DNA from: Deinococcales bacterium
GTDB taxonomy: Bacteria; Deinococcota; Deinococci; Deinococcales; JAAFIG01
Reading direction: 5' to 3'
DNA: 64,000 nucleotides
Assembly (NCBI GenBank): GCA_013298595.1
Contig: JAAFIG010000022.1
Location: forward strand, 7,192 to 71,191
In this document: positions 1 to 8,419 of the stretch, piece by piece
Layout of the letters: each line of letters starts with the position of its first letter
How positions within the stretch are numbered: the first letter of the stretch is position 1
The notes under the pieces: generated by a model
What the model was told of the DNA's origin: nothing
The model's input: the letters and a program-made list of their open reading frames with translations, nothing else
The model's database searches: none
Program-made: the position numbers and the translations under genes

Positions 1-370
1 ACGCCACAGCTTGTTCACGGATGGTCTCGAGATTGGTTTCGGTTTTGGCTGCAATCCGTAAACACTCTGCTAGCAATTCAGGATGGATTTCCCATTGTTC
101 AAATACTTCCTCGAGTTCATCATCCTCTGGGTTGCTTTCAGGGGTAGCAGAAGTGCCATTTAATGCCAGCAAAGCATTTCTTGAGGCATCATGTTCAGCT
201 TCTTTTTTGCTAATACCGTACCCTTTGCCAAGTTCTGTGCCATTCCAATTAATTTGGCAAATAAAACCTTGATTAGGACGGTTTGCATCGAGAAGTTCGG
301 TGGCAAAAATTAATGCCATATTTTTGGCTTGTGCCAATTCATTTAGTTCAGCTTTAGGAGTGCGGCTCAT
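1..370 (-). CDS. dsRNA-binding-motif (dsRBD) protein, partial (runs off the window start)
   Basis: My own translation from ATG at 370 gives MSRTPKAELNELAQAKNMALIFATELLDANRPNQGFICQINWNGTELGKGYGISKKEAEHDASRNALLALNGTS... The GxG-SKKEAE-x4-A-x3-AL stretch is the canonical dsRBD signature. The frame stays open to base 1, so it is missing from the ORF track. Confidence 0.6.
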   Translation of the reverse strand, partial: MSRTPKAELNELAQAKNMALIFATELLDANRPNQGFICQINWNGTELGKGYGISKKEAEHDASRNALLALNGTSATPESNPEDDELEEVFEQWEIHPELLAECLRIAAKTETNLETIREQAVA

Positions 371-423
371 CAATTCCTATTCTACGCGTTCAAACGGACT
401 CAGATTCAAGGTACAATAGACAA

Positions 424-1086
424 ATGGAAGAACGCTCAATTCAGATACTTTTGGTGGACGACCACCCAATCGTGCGTAAAGGCACCAAAGAAATGCTCGA
501 GCCTTACGCAGATTTAACTGTTATCGGCGAAGCCGCTGATGGTCGAGAAGCCCTAGCCTTTGTCAATGCTACCCGTCCAGATGTGATCCTGATGGATGTA
601 TCCATGCCTGGTATGAACGGCATCGATGCCACCAAGCAAATTAAACAGCACCACCCAAGCGTAGCAGTTCTGGTCTTAACCAGTTTTGACGATGATGCCT
701 ACGTTTTTGCGTTGCTCGAAGCTGGCGCAGCTGGGTATATTCTCAAAAATGCTCGAGAAGAAGAACTCATTAATGCCATCCGAGCTGTTTACCAAGGCGA
801 AAGCGCCTTGCACCCAAGCATTGCCAAAAAAGTATTAAATCGCTTCTCAGCGCAACCCACCGAAAGTTTTGATGGTGAAGGTTTATCGCCCCGAGAACTC
901 GAGGTTTTGCGTGCCGCTGCCAGTGGCAGTACCAACAAGGAAATTGCCAAGGTTCTGGATATTTCACCACGCACTGTACAAGTGCACCTTGCCAATGTGT
1001 TTTCTAAACTTGGTGTAGGCTCGAGAACCGAAGCGGTATTGTTTGGTATTAAACGCGGTTGGATAGACCCTAGCACTGTTGGGTAA
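424..1086 (+). CDS. NarL/LuxR-family response regulator (REC + LuxR HTH)
   Basis: REC motifs are ILLVDDHPIVR, DVILMDVSMPGMNG and VLVLTS. The C-terminal LuxR HTH reads LSPRELEVLRAAASGSTNKEIAKVLDISPRTVQVHLANVFSKLGV. Confidence 0.9.
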   Translation: MEERSIQILLVDDHPIVRKGTKEMLEPYADLTVIGEAADGREALAFVNATRPDVILMDVSMPGMNGIDATKQIKQHHPSVAVLVLTSFDDDAYVFALLEAGAAGYILKNAREEELINAIRAVYQGESALHPSIAKKVLNRFSAQPTESFDGEGLSPRELEVLRAAASGSTNKEIAKVLDISPRTVQVHLANVFSKLGVGSRTEAVLFGIKRGWIDPSTVG

Positions 1087-1126
1087 ATTCTATAAGCAGA
1101 TTTTTCCTCGCATAAAGAGGTTATTC

Positions 1127-1972
1127 ATGGATGGCATCACTTTTCAAGCAGCCATTGATTTTGATTTTTCAAAGTTAGCCAGTATTTTTACGGCTGGTTT
1201 TCAGGGGTATTTTGTCAAAATTGAATTAACAGCTTTGATGCTCGAGCTGATTTGTCGAACCGAATCCAGCGACCTCAGTAGTGGGTTGGTGGCTATTCAT
1301 CACAATCAACCAGTAGGTATTTTAATGTTAGCCAGACGCGGGTGGACGAGTCGAATTCATGCAATGGGTGTGATTCCCGAGTATCGTGGACAAGGTGTTG
1401 GACGTTTGTTGCTTGAACAGTGTATTGCCAGTGCTCGAGAACGTGGTGATAAATTCTTGAAACTCGAAGTGATCGCAGCCAATACACAAGCGCAGCACTT
1501 GTACGCAGCTCGTGGTTTTCAGGTACAGCAAAAACTGGTTGGTTTTCAACGTACTTCTCAGCCAGATTCGTTTCACTCAGCCCATATTTTACAAACCATT
1601 GATACCCTTGAATTCGCTCATATTTTGCGGCTCGAGTGCGATGTGTTGTTGCCGTGGCAATTGCAACCAGAAACCCTTGGTTCCTATGTCGCTCCGACCC
1701 ATGCACTTGGTCTTGATAACAAAGCATTTGTTTTACTCAGCCATTCAAATAATCACACCACCAGTACAATTCGGGGTTTGATTGTCCGCAAGGATTTTCG
1801 AGGTTTGGGTTGGGGTACTAAGTTGCTACAAACACTCTTTACCCAGTATCCCAATCGCGCTTGGAATTTCTCGCCTATTTTCCCAGATGGTTTAATGAAT
1901 GGTTTTTTGCAACGACACGATTTTACCTTAAATCCGATTGAACAATTTGAAATGTGGCTCGAGTGCACCTAG
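1127..1972 (+). CDS. GNAT-family N-acetyltransferase
   Basis: Acetyl-CoA motif A is present (RGQGVGRLLLEQCIASARERG, LKLEVIAANTQAQHLYAARGF). A second degenerate GNAT half follows (RGLGWGTKLL). I moved the start to the ATG at 1127, which is preceded by AAAGAGG. Confidence 0.75.
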   Translation: MDGITFQAAIDFDFSKLASIFTAGFQGYFVKIELTALMLELICRTESSDLSSGLVAIHHNQPVGILMLARRGWTSRIHAMGVIPEYRGQGVGRLLLEQCIASARERGDKFLKLEVIAANTQAQHLYAARGFQVQQKLVGFQRTSQPDSFHSAHILQTIDTLEFAHILRLECDVLLPWQLQPETLGSYVAPTHALGLDNKAFVLLSHSNNHTTSTIRGLIVRKDFRGLGWGTKLLQTLFTQYPNRAWNFSPIFPDGLMNGFLQRHDFTLNPIEQFEMWLECT

Positions 1973-2006
1973 TCATCAAAATAAGATGGTGCTGCAAAAA
2001 GCTTGA

Positions 2007-2288
2007 TCACAACTCGAGTTGCACAGTCACTTCGTCGCCTTCCTCGAGTTTTTCTGCCTTGCGGATATTTGCCCGAATCGGCACGATATAACTGTCATTT
2101 TGCGGAAACAAAGAAGTTTTCCACTCGGTATTGCCAATTCGTGCAGTTACTGGAATCATTCCCCAGCCGTATGTGACAAATTTTGAGGCTGCTTTTAATT
2201 CGTGGCATTGCTCGGCTGCAACTGTCACAAAATACCACGGCGCAGGACCACGCCAGTACCAAATTTTATTAGTGAACTCGAGTTTCAT
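2007..2288 (-). CDS. DUF1905 domain protein
   Basis: The 93-aa sequence WYWRGPAPWYFVTV...GWGMIPVTARIGNTEWKTSLFP...YIVPIRANIRK matches my recollection of the DUF1905 family pattern. Confidence 0.7.
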   Translation of the reverse strand: MKLEFTNKIWYWRGPAPWYFVTVAAEQCHELKAASKFVTYGWGMIPVTARIGNTEWKTSLFPQNDSYIVPIRANIRKAEKLEEGDEVTVQLEL

Positions 2289-2498
2289 ATGTGCAGTATA
2301 TCTACCAAATTGACTTATTCAGTATGGTGAAGCTCGAGAACCATGAAACACTGTTAAAATTTCGATTACCAAGCTTCTTGGCAAAATATTCACGAAGTTC
2401 TTCGGCTGTTTTACCTTTATTGGCTTCGCTGTCTGCTATACCTCGAGCAATAGATTGCCTGAAAAACTATTTTTATCACAGCTCGAGCTTAACTGATT

Positions 2499-2744
2499 TT
2501 AGAATTTTTGGTTTTTAGACTTATGCCGAGTCACCGCTTGGTCACGCAACTTCCCCAGTTTAGTGATTCGACCTTCGACCCGTTCACGCCAACGAATATA
2601 CGTTTTTTTATTCTGCACTTGACGCATCAGGGTTTTGACTTCCGCTTCGGACAAACCAAATTGGGCTTGAATCGCTTCAAAAGGCGTGCGATCCTCCCAC
2701 GCCATCATAATAATTCTGTCGGTATCCTCGAGCGAAAATTTCAT
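2499..2744 (-). CDS. DUF2805 / TIGR03643-like small protein
   Basis: The sequence MKFSLEDTDRIIMMAWEDRTPFEAIQAQFGLSEAEVKTLMRQ is typical of this family. I took the start at the internal ATG rather than at the ORF-track start. Confidence 0.65.
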   Translation of the reverse strand: MKFSLEDTDRIIMMAWEDRTPFEAIQAQFGLSEAEVKTLMRQVQNKKTYIRWRERVEGRITKLGKLRDQAVTRHKSKNQKF

Positions 2745-2819
2745 TGCACTCGAGGATACCCGAAAATTCGGGTGATAAATTGACCCATTGGTCTTGTAAC
2801 GCAACTCACTCGAACCAAT

Positions 2820-2841
2820 AAAACTCACTCGAGTGGGTTTT
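2820..2841. promoter_or_regulatory. Palindrome AAAACTCACTCGAGTGGGTTTT in a divergent promoter region (candidate operator)
   Basis: A perfect 10-bp palindrome CACTCGAGTG, flanked by A and T runs, lies between the divergent genes starting at 2744 (-) and 2900 (+). Confidence 0.3.
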
Positions 2842-2899
2842 ACTCAGAAAAAGTGGGTTAAGTTCACGTTTTTTTCAAAGTTTTCCGTTAGGCTAATGT

Positions 2900-4408
2900 A
2901 TGAAAAGAATCTTCACCCTTGCAGTTGTCGGTATTATCCTAGCAAGTAGTGCTGTTTGGGGTGCAACAAAATTCTCGAGTGTGGCTTCAGAAACCCGTAG
3001 CAGTGCCCATCCGCACCGTTTTACAGGTGTGGTGCAACAAAAATTACCACCATTACTTTCGTATATTCCAAATTATTATGAGCATGTCAAACCAATTCTC
3101 GAGCGTAGTTGTGTTGGTTGTCATAGCGCTGGTAATATTGCGCCTTTTGCGCTCGAGACTGCTGAGCAAGTGCTGCCTTTGGCACGAACAATGCAAAAAG
3201 CGGTGCAGGATAAGTACATGCCTCCTGTAACAGCTGGTGGGACAACACCTGCTTTGTTGCATGATAAACGCTTAACAGCCAATGAAATTGCGATTATTGC
3301 TAATTGGGCTTGGGCTGGTGCACCGCTGGGTAAAGTTGTTGCAGCAACAAATACCGTCTCGAGCCAAGTGCAACGGCAACCTGATTTGGTTTTAACACCG
3401 AAAAGCGAATTTTTGCCCGATGCGAGTTTAACCGATGAGTATCGTTGCTTTATTTTTGATCCTAAACTCAGTAAGGCTCGGTTTATGGATGCTTATAATA
3501 TTGTGCCAACCAATAAAAAAGTGGTGCATCATGTGGTGATTTTTCAAATTGGTAAAGACAAAGCCGAAAATGCAGCAAAACTCGAGACCAAAGACAATGA
3601 TGGACGTTTGGGTTATCCATGTTTTGGTGGACCTGGCGAAAATCTTGGCAGACCAAACATTATTGGTGCTTGGGCACCAGGTCAGGGTGCCGTTAATTAT
3701 CCTTCAGGCACTGGTACATTAATCGAACCTGGTGATGTACTGGTTTTGCAACTGCATTACAATTTATTGGGTGGTAAAGGCAAAGATCAAAGCAAAGCTG
3801 AACTATTTTTTGCTCCTGAAAACGCCCCTGTCAAACGGATGAACTCGAGTATCGTGATTGCTCCTGTGGAAATTCCTTGTGCTGGTGCGTACCCAAGTGA
3901 TCCCACCGATCCTTGTCATCGTGATGCGGCTTATAGTCGCGCTGCACAACTTGGCAATGGCGAAAATGCCTTATTCAAAAACCCTGTTTTTGTGAATTTT
4001 TGTGGCTCGAGTTTAAATAATTTCACCAGTGGTTCAGATGGCATTGTGGTTAATAAATGCGCTTTCCCATTACGCATGGCACCCGAAGCAAAATTATCCA
4101 TTTATGGCATGTTAGGACATATGCACTTACTTGGGCAAAGTGTCAAACTCGAGTTAATCCGAGGTAATCAAAATCAGACTATTCTGGAAATTCCCAAATG
4201 GGATTTTCACTGGCAGAGCAGTTACTGGCTTGAAAAACCAATCAACCTCGAGAATGGTGATCAGGTTCGTATTACTTGCCAATTTAATAACACACCAGAA
4301 GTACAGCCCGAAATTGCTGGGGCTAAAGTCAAACCGCGTTACACTGTTTGGGGCGAAGGCACTGTGGACGAGATGTGCTTAGGGATTTTGCAAATCGGGC
4401 AACGCTAA
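2900..4408 (+). CDS. Secreted PHM/DBH-like copper type II monooxygenase with an N-terminal CxxCH (heme c) motif
   Basis: A signal peptide (MKRIFTLAVVGIILASSAVWG) is followed by CVGCHSAG. Copper-site-like motifs are VVHHVVIF, LQLHYNL, GHMHLLG and VDEMCLG, in the same order as the PHM CuH (HH..H) and CuM (HxH..M) ligands. Confidence 0.7.
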   Translation: MKRIFTLAVVGIILASSAVWGATKFSSVASETRSSAHPHRFTGVVQQKLPPLLSYIPNYYEHVKPILERSCVGCHSAGNIAPFALETAEQVLPLARTMQKAVQDKYMPPVTAGGTTPALLHDKRLTANEIAIIANWAWAGAPLGKVVAATNTVSSQVQRQPDLVLTPKSEFLPDASLTDEYRCFIFDPKLSKARFMDAYNIVPTNKKVVHHVVIFQIGKDKAENAAKLETKDNDGRLGYPCFGGPGENLGRPNIIGAWAPGQGAVNYPSGTGTLIEPGDVLVLQLHYNLLGGKGKDQSKAELFFAPENAPVKRMNSSIVIAPVEIPCAGAYPSDPTDPCHRDAAYSRAAQLGNGENALFKNPVFVNFCGSSLNNFTSGSDGIVVNKCAFPLRMAPEAKLSIYGMLGHMHLLGQSVKLELIRGNQNQTILEIPKWDFHWQSSYWLEKPINLENGDQVRITCQFNNTPEVQPEIAGAKVKPRYTVWGEGTVDEMCLGILQIGQR

Positions 4409-4447
4409 TCAGACTTCTTACATAAGTACAAAATCATCGAAAATAGT

Positions 4448-4515
4448 GCGAACACAAGGTTCGTACCCTACAAAAATCCACGCATTGAACGTAGGGGTGA
4501 TGCTTGTCATCACCC
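4448..4515. repeat. Convergent pair of REP-like hairpins (GTAGGGnnGAnnCTTGTnnTCnCCC family)
   Basis: Position 4448..4471 is gcgaacacaaggttcgtaccctac (minus orientation). Position 4491..4515 is gtaggggtgatgcttgtcatcaccc (plus orientation). Related copies lie at 31504, 38868, 54713, 54817, 61713 and 61769. Confidence 0.75.
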
Positions 4516-4567
4516 TGTTTTAGGCACCGAAAATTATTTATACATGAGATCTATTTTTTCAGACACA

Positions 4568-4617
4568 CCAATTATGTTTTCAGGTGAGGCTTACATCTCA
4601 CCTGAAAACATAATTGG
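4568..4617. repeat. Perfect 21-bp inverted repeat with an 8-nt loop
   Basis: The sequence is ccaattatgttttcaggtgag / gcttacat / ctcacctgaaaacataattgg. It lies 27 nt upstream of the GTG start of the BTAD regulator and 160 nt after the monooxygenase stop. Confidence 0.85.
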
Positions 4618-4644
4618 GATAAGACGCGTATACTGGTTGGTACT

Positions 4645-6939
4645 GTGTTAGCACTGCAATTACTGGGTCAAACAAAAATCCATGTTGATTCCGCAGAAAT
4701 TGCGCTGCGTGGCAAAATGCTGGCATTTATTGGTTGCTTAGCCCTCGAGGAAAACGGGGTGGCTCGGCATATCATCGCGCAGCGTTTATGGTCTGATAAT
4801 GCTGGGCAGAGTTTGCGTCAAGCGATGTATCGTTGTAAGCATATCCCCGAGTTATCTGATTTTCTCGAGGATCAAGAATTGGTGGTGTTGCGCTGTAGCA
4901 CCGATGTTCAAACATTAACCAGCCTCGAGCCTATTGCAGCCTTGGCATTGTTGCGTTTGCCTTTGTTGCCTGATTTAGATTCGCATTTTAGTGAAATTGG
5001 TTTGGAGTGGTTGACAATTCAACGTGAAAAATTAGCTCAGCAACGCATGGATTTGTTGTTGCAAGTCGCTGCTGAACTCGAGGGGTCTGATGCTGGTGCT
5101 GCCCTCAAATACTTGCAGGAATTACAAAGTATTGACCCAAGTAACGAAACCACAACACGGCATTTGATTCGGGTAGCAAGCAATCAGGGCAATCAAACGG
5201 CTGCACTGAATGCCTTTGAGACTTTGCGAAAAACCCTGCACCAGCAATTTGGTACGGCACCAAGTGCAGCTATGCTCGAGGTGATCGAGCAAATTCGTGG
5301 TATCTCAAAACCCCAAATTTCTGTGGAGAATCTGCGGTTGCTACGTGCTTTAGCGATTTATGGTCAAGCTTTTCATGCCAAAATTTTTGCAGCCATTCTC
5401 GAGACTCCTGTTTTGGCACTAACCGAGCGTGTGGGTTTGCTGGAGGAGCAAGGGATTTTGGTGGCTGGATGGTTTGCGGATGCAATTTTGCAGCAACGTA
5501 TTCAAACCGAAACACCTATCAGTGTGGCACGGTTACTGCATCAGCGTTTTGCCGAATACCTCGAGCCTCAAGAACCAGTTATGGCTGCTAAGCACTGGTT
5601 AAAAACCGAGCAATTTTACCGCGCTGCTCAATTATTTTTACAAAACCCCGATAGTCTCGAGGCTGGTTTTCAAGCCTTATGGGTGGTTGATGATGATGAA
5701 ACTCGTGGTTTGGCATTAGCACAGATTGGACGGATCAGTGAGGCGCGTTCGGATTTGGTTTTATTGGCTGCGGTTTGCGACCAGTTAGAGTCATTGGCGC
5801 GGCATAGTCAATCGGATAAAATTATTTACAATTACTTGATTCGTCGTGCTTCGTTATACATGCGTTCTGGGAAACCCATAGAAGCCATTCCTTTACTCGA
5901 GGATGCCTTACTGGCAAGTGTACGTCTACAAGACCCTGTACTGCGTACTCAGAGTGAAGTCAGCCTTGGTGCAGTGAATTTATCACTTAGGCAATTTGTT
6001 ACTGCTCGAGAATACTTTGAAAAAGCCGCTCAAAGCACCGACCTATCAGTACAATTGCGTGCCATAGGTAACTTGGGCACACTCGAAGCAATGCAGGGTC
6101 ATCTCGAAGCAGCTTTATTGTATTCCGAAAAAGCCCTTGGAGTGGCTCGAGCCATAGGGCAATTACCTGTCATTGGGTCATTGCTGACAAATATTGCAGC
6201 CACTGCAACACAACTGGGTAAACTCGAACGTGCCGAACAAGGTTTTCGTGAATCACTCGAGGTAAGTCAGCGCATCCAAAATATTGACGGGCAGCGGGCA
6301 GCGTATCGTAATCTGGGATTTATTGCTTTGCAACGCGGATATTTAGGGGCAGCTTGGAATACCACCCAAGAAAGCCTCGAGTTAGCCCAAGATGATCTGA
6401 CGCAGCAGCAAACCCTGACTTTACTAGCAGATATTGCTTTGCATTGCAAAAATTATGTGGTTGCCGAACAGTATTTAAGTCAAGCCACTGCGCTGACCAG
6501 CACACCCATACAACAAAAAGCCCTCGAGTTTTCCAAAGCTATTCTGACCCTAGCCAGCGGTCAGGATAGTGCCGAAACCACAGCATTAACTTGCCTCGAG
6601 CAACTTTCGGGTATACAGCAAATCGCAGCTCGGCTTGAATTGGCACGGTACGCTAAACAGATCAGCACCCTCGAGCAATGCCGTATCGAAGCAGGACAAA
6701 ACCGTTCGTATCAATTGCAAATGCAGTTACTTGAGTTGCGTTTAGCCAAATTGCAAAAACGCCGTTTTGATACCAGCCAATTACTGGTTTTACTCGAGGA
6801 TGAACCACGCTTAGATAGCCTTCGGGCTTGGCAATTACTATCAAAAACCAAATCTGATACTTTTGCAGCTCGAGCCAGTACTGCTCTTACCTTACAAGCC
6901 GAAGGTTTACCAAAGATCCTACGGCAGACACTCCTTTGA
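4645..6939 (+). CDS. SARP/BTAD-family transcriptional regulator with a C-terminal TPR region
   Basis: The N-terminus is OmpR/SARP-like (LQLLGQTKIHVD...). A BTAD block follows (ALKYLQELQSIDPSNETTTRHLIRVASNQGNQTAALNAFETLRKTLHQQFGTAPS), then many TPR-like repeats. The start codon is GTG. Confidence 0.75.
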   Translation: MLALQLLGQTKIHVDSAEIALRGKMLAFIGCLALEENGVARHIIAQRLWSDNAGQSLRQAMYRCKHIPELSDFLEDQELVVLRCSTDVQTLTSLEPIAALALLRLPLLPDLDSHFSEIGLEWLTIQREKLAQQRMDLLLQVAAELEGSDAGAALKYLQELQSIDPSNETTTRHLIRVASNQGNQTAALNAFETLRKTLHQQFGTAPSAAMLEVIEQIRGISKPQISVENLRLLRALAIYGQAFHAKIFAAILETPVLALTERVGLLEEQGILVAGWFADAILQQRIQTETPISVARLLHQRFAEYLEPQEPVMAAKHWLKTEQFYRAAQLFLQNPDSLEAGFQALWVVDDDETRGLALAQIGRISEARSDLVLLAAVCDQLESLARHSQSDKIIYNYLIRRASLYMRSGKPIEAIPLLEDALLASVRLQDPVLRTQSEVSLGAVNLSLRQFVTAREYFEKAAQSTDLSVQLRAIGNLGTLEAMQGHLEAALLYSEKALGVARAIGQLPVIGSLLTNIAATATQLGKLERAEQGFRESLEVSQRIQNIDGQRAAYRNLGFIALQRGYLGAAWNTTQESLELAQDDLTQQQTLTLLADIALHCKNYVVAEQYLSQATALTSTPIQQKALEFSKAILTLASGQDSAETTALTCLEQLSGIQQIAARLELARYAKQISTLEQCRIEAGQNRSYQLQMQLLELRLAKLQKRRFDTSQLLVLLEDEPRLDSLRAWQLLSKTKSDTFAARASTALTLQAEGLPKILRQTLL

Positions 6940-6973
6940 CGCTGTTTTGACGCACCCTAGTGCACAATAAACC

Positions 6974-7159
6974 ATGGCAGCCGAACCACGCAGCAAACCC
7001 ACAGATGAAAGCATCTATGTCCTCCGTGTTTGGTCGGATGGCACTGCTTACCGAGCCTCACTTGAAAATGTACTTTTACAACAAACCAAAGAATTTCAGA
7101 ACGTTCAAGAACTCGAGGTTTTTCTCGAGGAGCGTATGGTCAGTAAAAGCGGCTCATAG
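6974..7159 (+). CDS. Small hypothetical protein (61 aa) downstream of the BTAD regulator
   Basis: The motif YVLRVWSDGTAYRASLENV...FQNVQELEVFLEE resembles small conserved proteins that I recall following SARP/TPR regulators. There is no signal peptide. Confidence 0.45.
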   Translation: MAAEPRSKPTDESIYVLRVWSDGTAYRASLENVLLQQTKEFQNVQELEVFLEERMVSKSGS

Positions 7160-7201
7160 CTCCGTCAAGATTTTGTCAGAATTAAAGTGCACAATAGAGC
7201 T

Positions 7202-8419
7202 ATGAAAATGATTGTTGTTTTATTACTGGTTTTTTGCTCGAGTGCCTTTGCCAGCCCAGCCCAAGATTTACTCAATCAGGCAGCTTATTTTGTGGCAGTT
7301 CGTTATAATGGTTTCTCCAGTGCCGATACCAGTAATTTGGCACAAAAATACCAACCCGATTTGGATATCGCTTGTAAAGATCAACTCGAGACCTGTCCGT
7401 TTAGTGTGGCTGTGCCAATTGTACAAAAAATGCTGACCGAGCTTGGCGATGGTCATTCGTATTACTTAACACCAAGCCAATACGCCGATCAATTACAACA
7501 AGCTCGGGGCTTGGGTAGCTCGAGTCCGCGTTTGGGTGTGATTACTGCCGATGTCAAAGATGGTTTTGATCGGTTAATTGCCGATGTCTGGGCTGGTTCA
7601 GCAGCCGATAAAGTTGGTTTAAAACGTGGTGATCGCATTACGGGCATCAATAATCAAAGCTCGAGTATTTTTGCCGAGAATTTCCGTACTGCCATTGGTA
7701 AAGAAGTGGCAACGGGTAAAGATGTGCTCTTGAATATTCGCCGCGCTGGTTTGCCACTCGAGATTCGGGTGCGTGGCAGCAGTGTGCGTTCGCCTTTACC
7801 AACCTATAAAAGTTTGAATGCAAAAACAGGGTATTTGCGTTTACCCATTTTTGATACCAATGGGCAAGTTGCCAGCACAGTCCATACTTTGTTACGACAA
7901 CAAAAACCATTACCTGAACGCCTGATTATTGATGTTCGAGACAACCCAGGTGGGCTTGCCACCGAAATGATTGGCGCAGTTGGTGCTTTTGTTGAAAAAA
8001 GCGGTTTTATCCTCGAGACCAGAGATGGCAGCAGCCAAACCAGTGTTGAAAAAGGTACTGTTTCTATTTCATCCGTTAAACTCAATATTGTGCCACAACC
8101 AATACTCTATAAAGGCAAAGTGATTGTACTGATTAACCAGAATTCGTATAGCGGCGCAGAGTACTTTGCACAACTGCTGCAAGACGCAGCTCGAGCCACC
8201 ATTATTGGCGAAACCAGTGGAGGACTGGGCAACACCGCCACTATTCCCTTTGAATTACTCGATGGTAGCGCCATTTTTATTACTATCTCGAAAAGTTTGC
8301 GTTTAACTGGCGGTTATTTACCTGCGGCTGTCACCCCAGATATTCTGGTAACCGATAATCTCGAGTTGCAAAGTCAAACAGGTAAAGATACTGTGCTCGA
8401 GCAAGCCTTAAACAGGTAA
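7202..8419 (+). CDS. Secreted S41-family (C-terminal processing) peptidase with a PDZ domain
   Basis: It has a signal peptide and a PDZ segment (GLKRGDRITGINN). S41 blocks are IIDVRDNPGGL and NQNSYSGAEYFAQLLQD. It is a paralog of 23364..24596. Confidence 0.8.
   Translation: MKMIVVLLLVFCSSAFASPAQDLLNQAAYFVAVRYNGFSSADTSNLAQKYQPDLDIACKDQLETCPFSVAVPIVQKMLTELGDGHSYYLTPSQYADQLQQARGLGSSSPRLGVITADVKDGFDRLIADVWAGSAADKVGLKRGDRITGINNQSSSIFAENFRTAIGKEVATGKDVLLNIRRAGLPLEIRVRGSSVRSPLPTYKSLNAKTGYLRLPIFDTNGQVASTVHTLLRQQKPLPERLIIDVRDNPGGLATEMIGAVGAFVEKSGFILETRDGSSQTSVEKGTVSISSVKLNIVPQPILYKGKVIVLINQNSYSGAEYFAQLLQDAARATIIGETSGGLGNTATIPFELLDGSAIFITISKSLRLTGGYLPAAVTPDILVTDNLELQSQTGKDTVLEQALNR

Noticed and set aside
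21-272. 83-aa plus-strand ORF from the track.
   Set aside because: It lies antisense to the much more convincing dsRBD gene (1..370, minus strand). Its Ser-rich, low-complexity composition is typical of a shadow ORF.
2291-2518. The 75-aa plus-strand ORF, and a minus-strand reading (..IARGIADSEANKGKTAEELREYFAKKLGN..) that resembles an antitoxin or addiction-module fragment.
   Set aside because: The plus ORF has no motifs. The minus frame has no start codon (ATG, GTG or TTG) after the preceding stop and runs only about 52 codons. At best it is a decayed remnant, which is too weak to annotate.
2900-8419. The idea that the PHM-like monooxygenase, SARP regulator, 61-aa ORF and S41 peptidase form a RiPP (peptide amidation) cluster.
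   Set aside because: The small ORF has no leader/core features and no C-terminal Gly. It is separated from the monooxygenase by the regulator and repeat-rich spacers. The genes are not obviously co-transcribed, so this is pure speculation.
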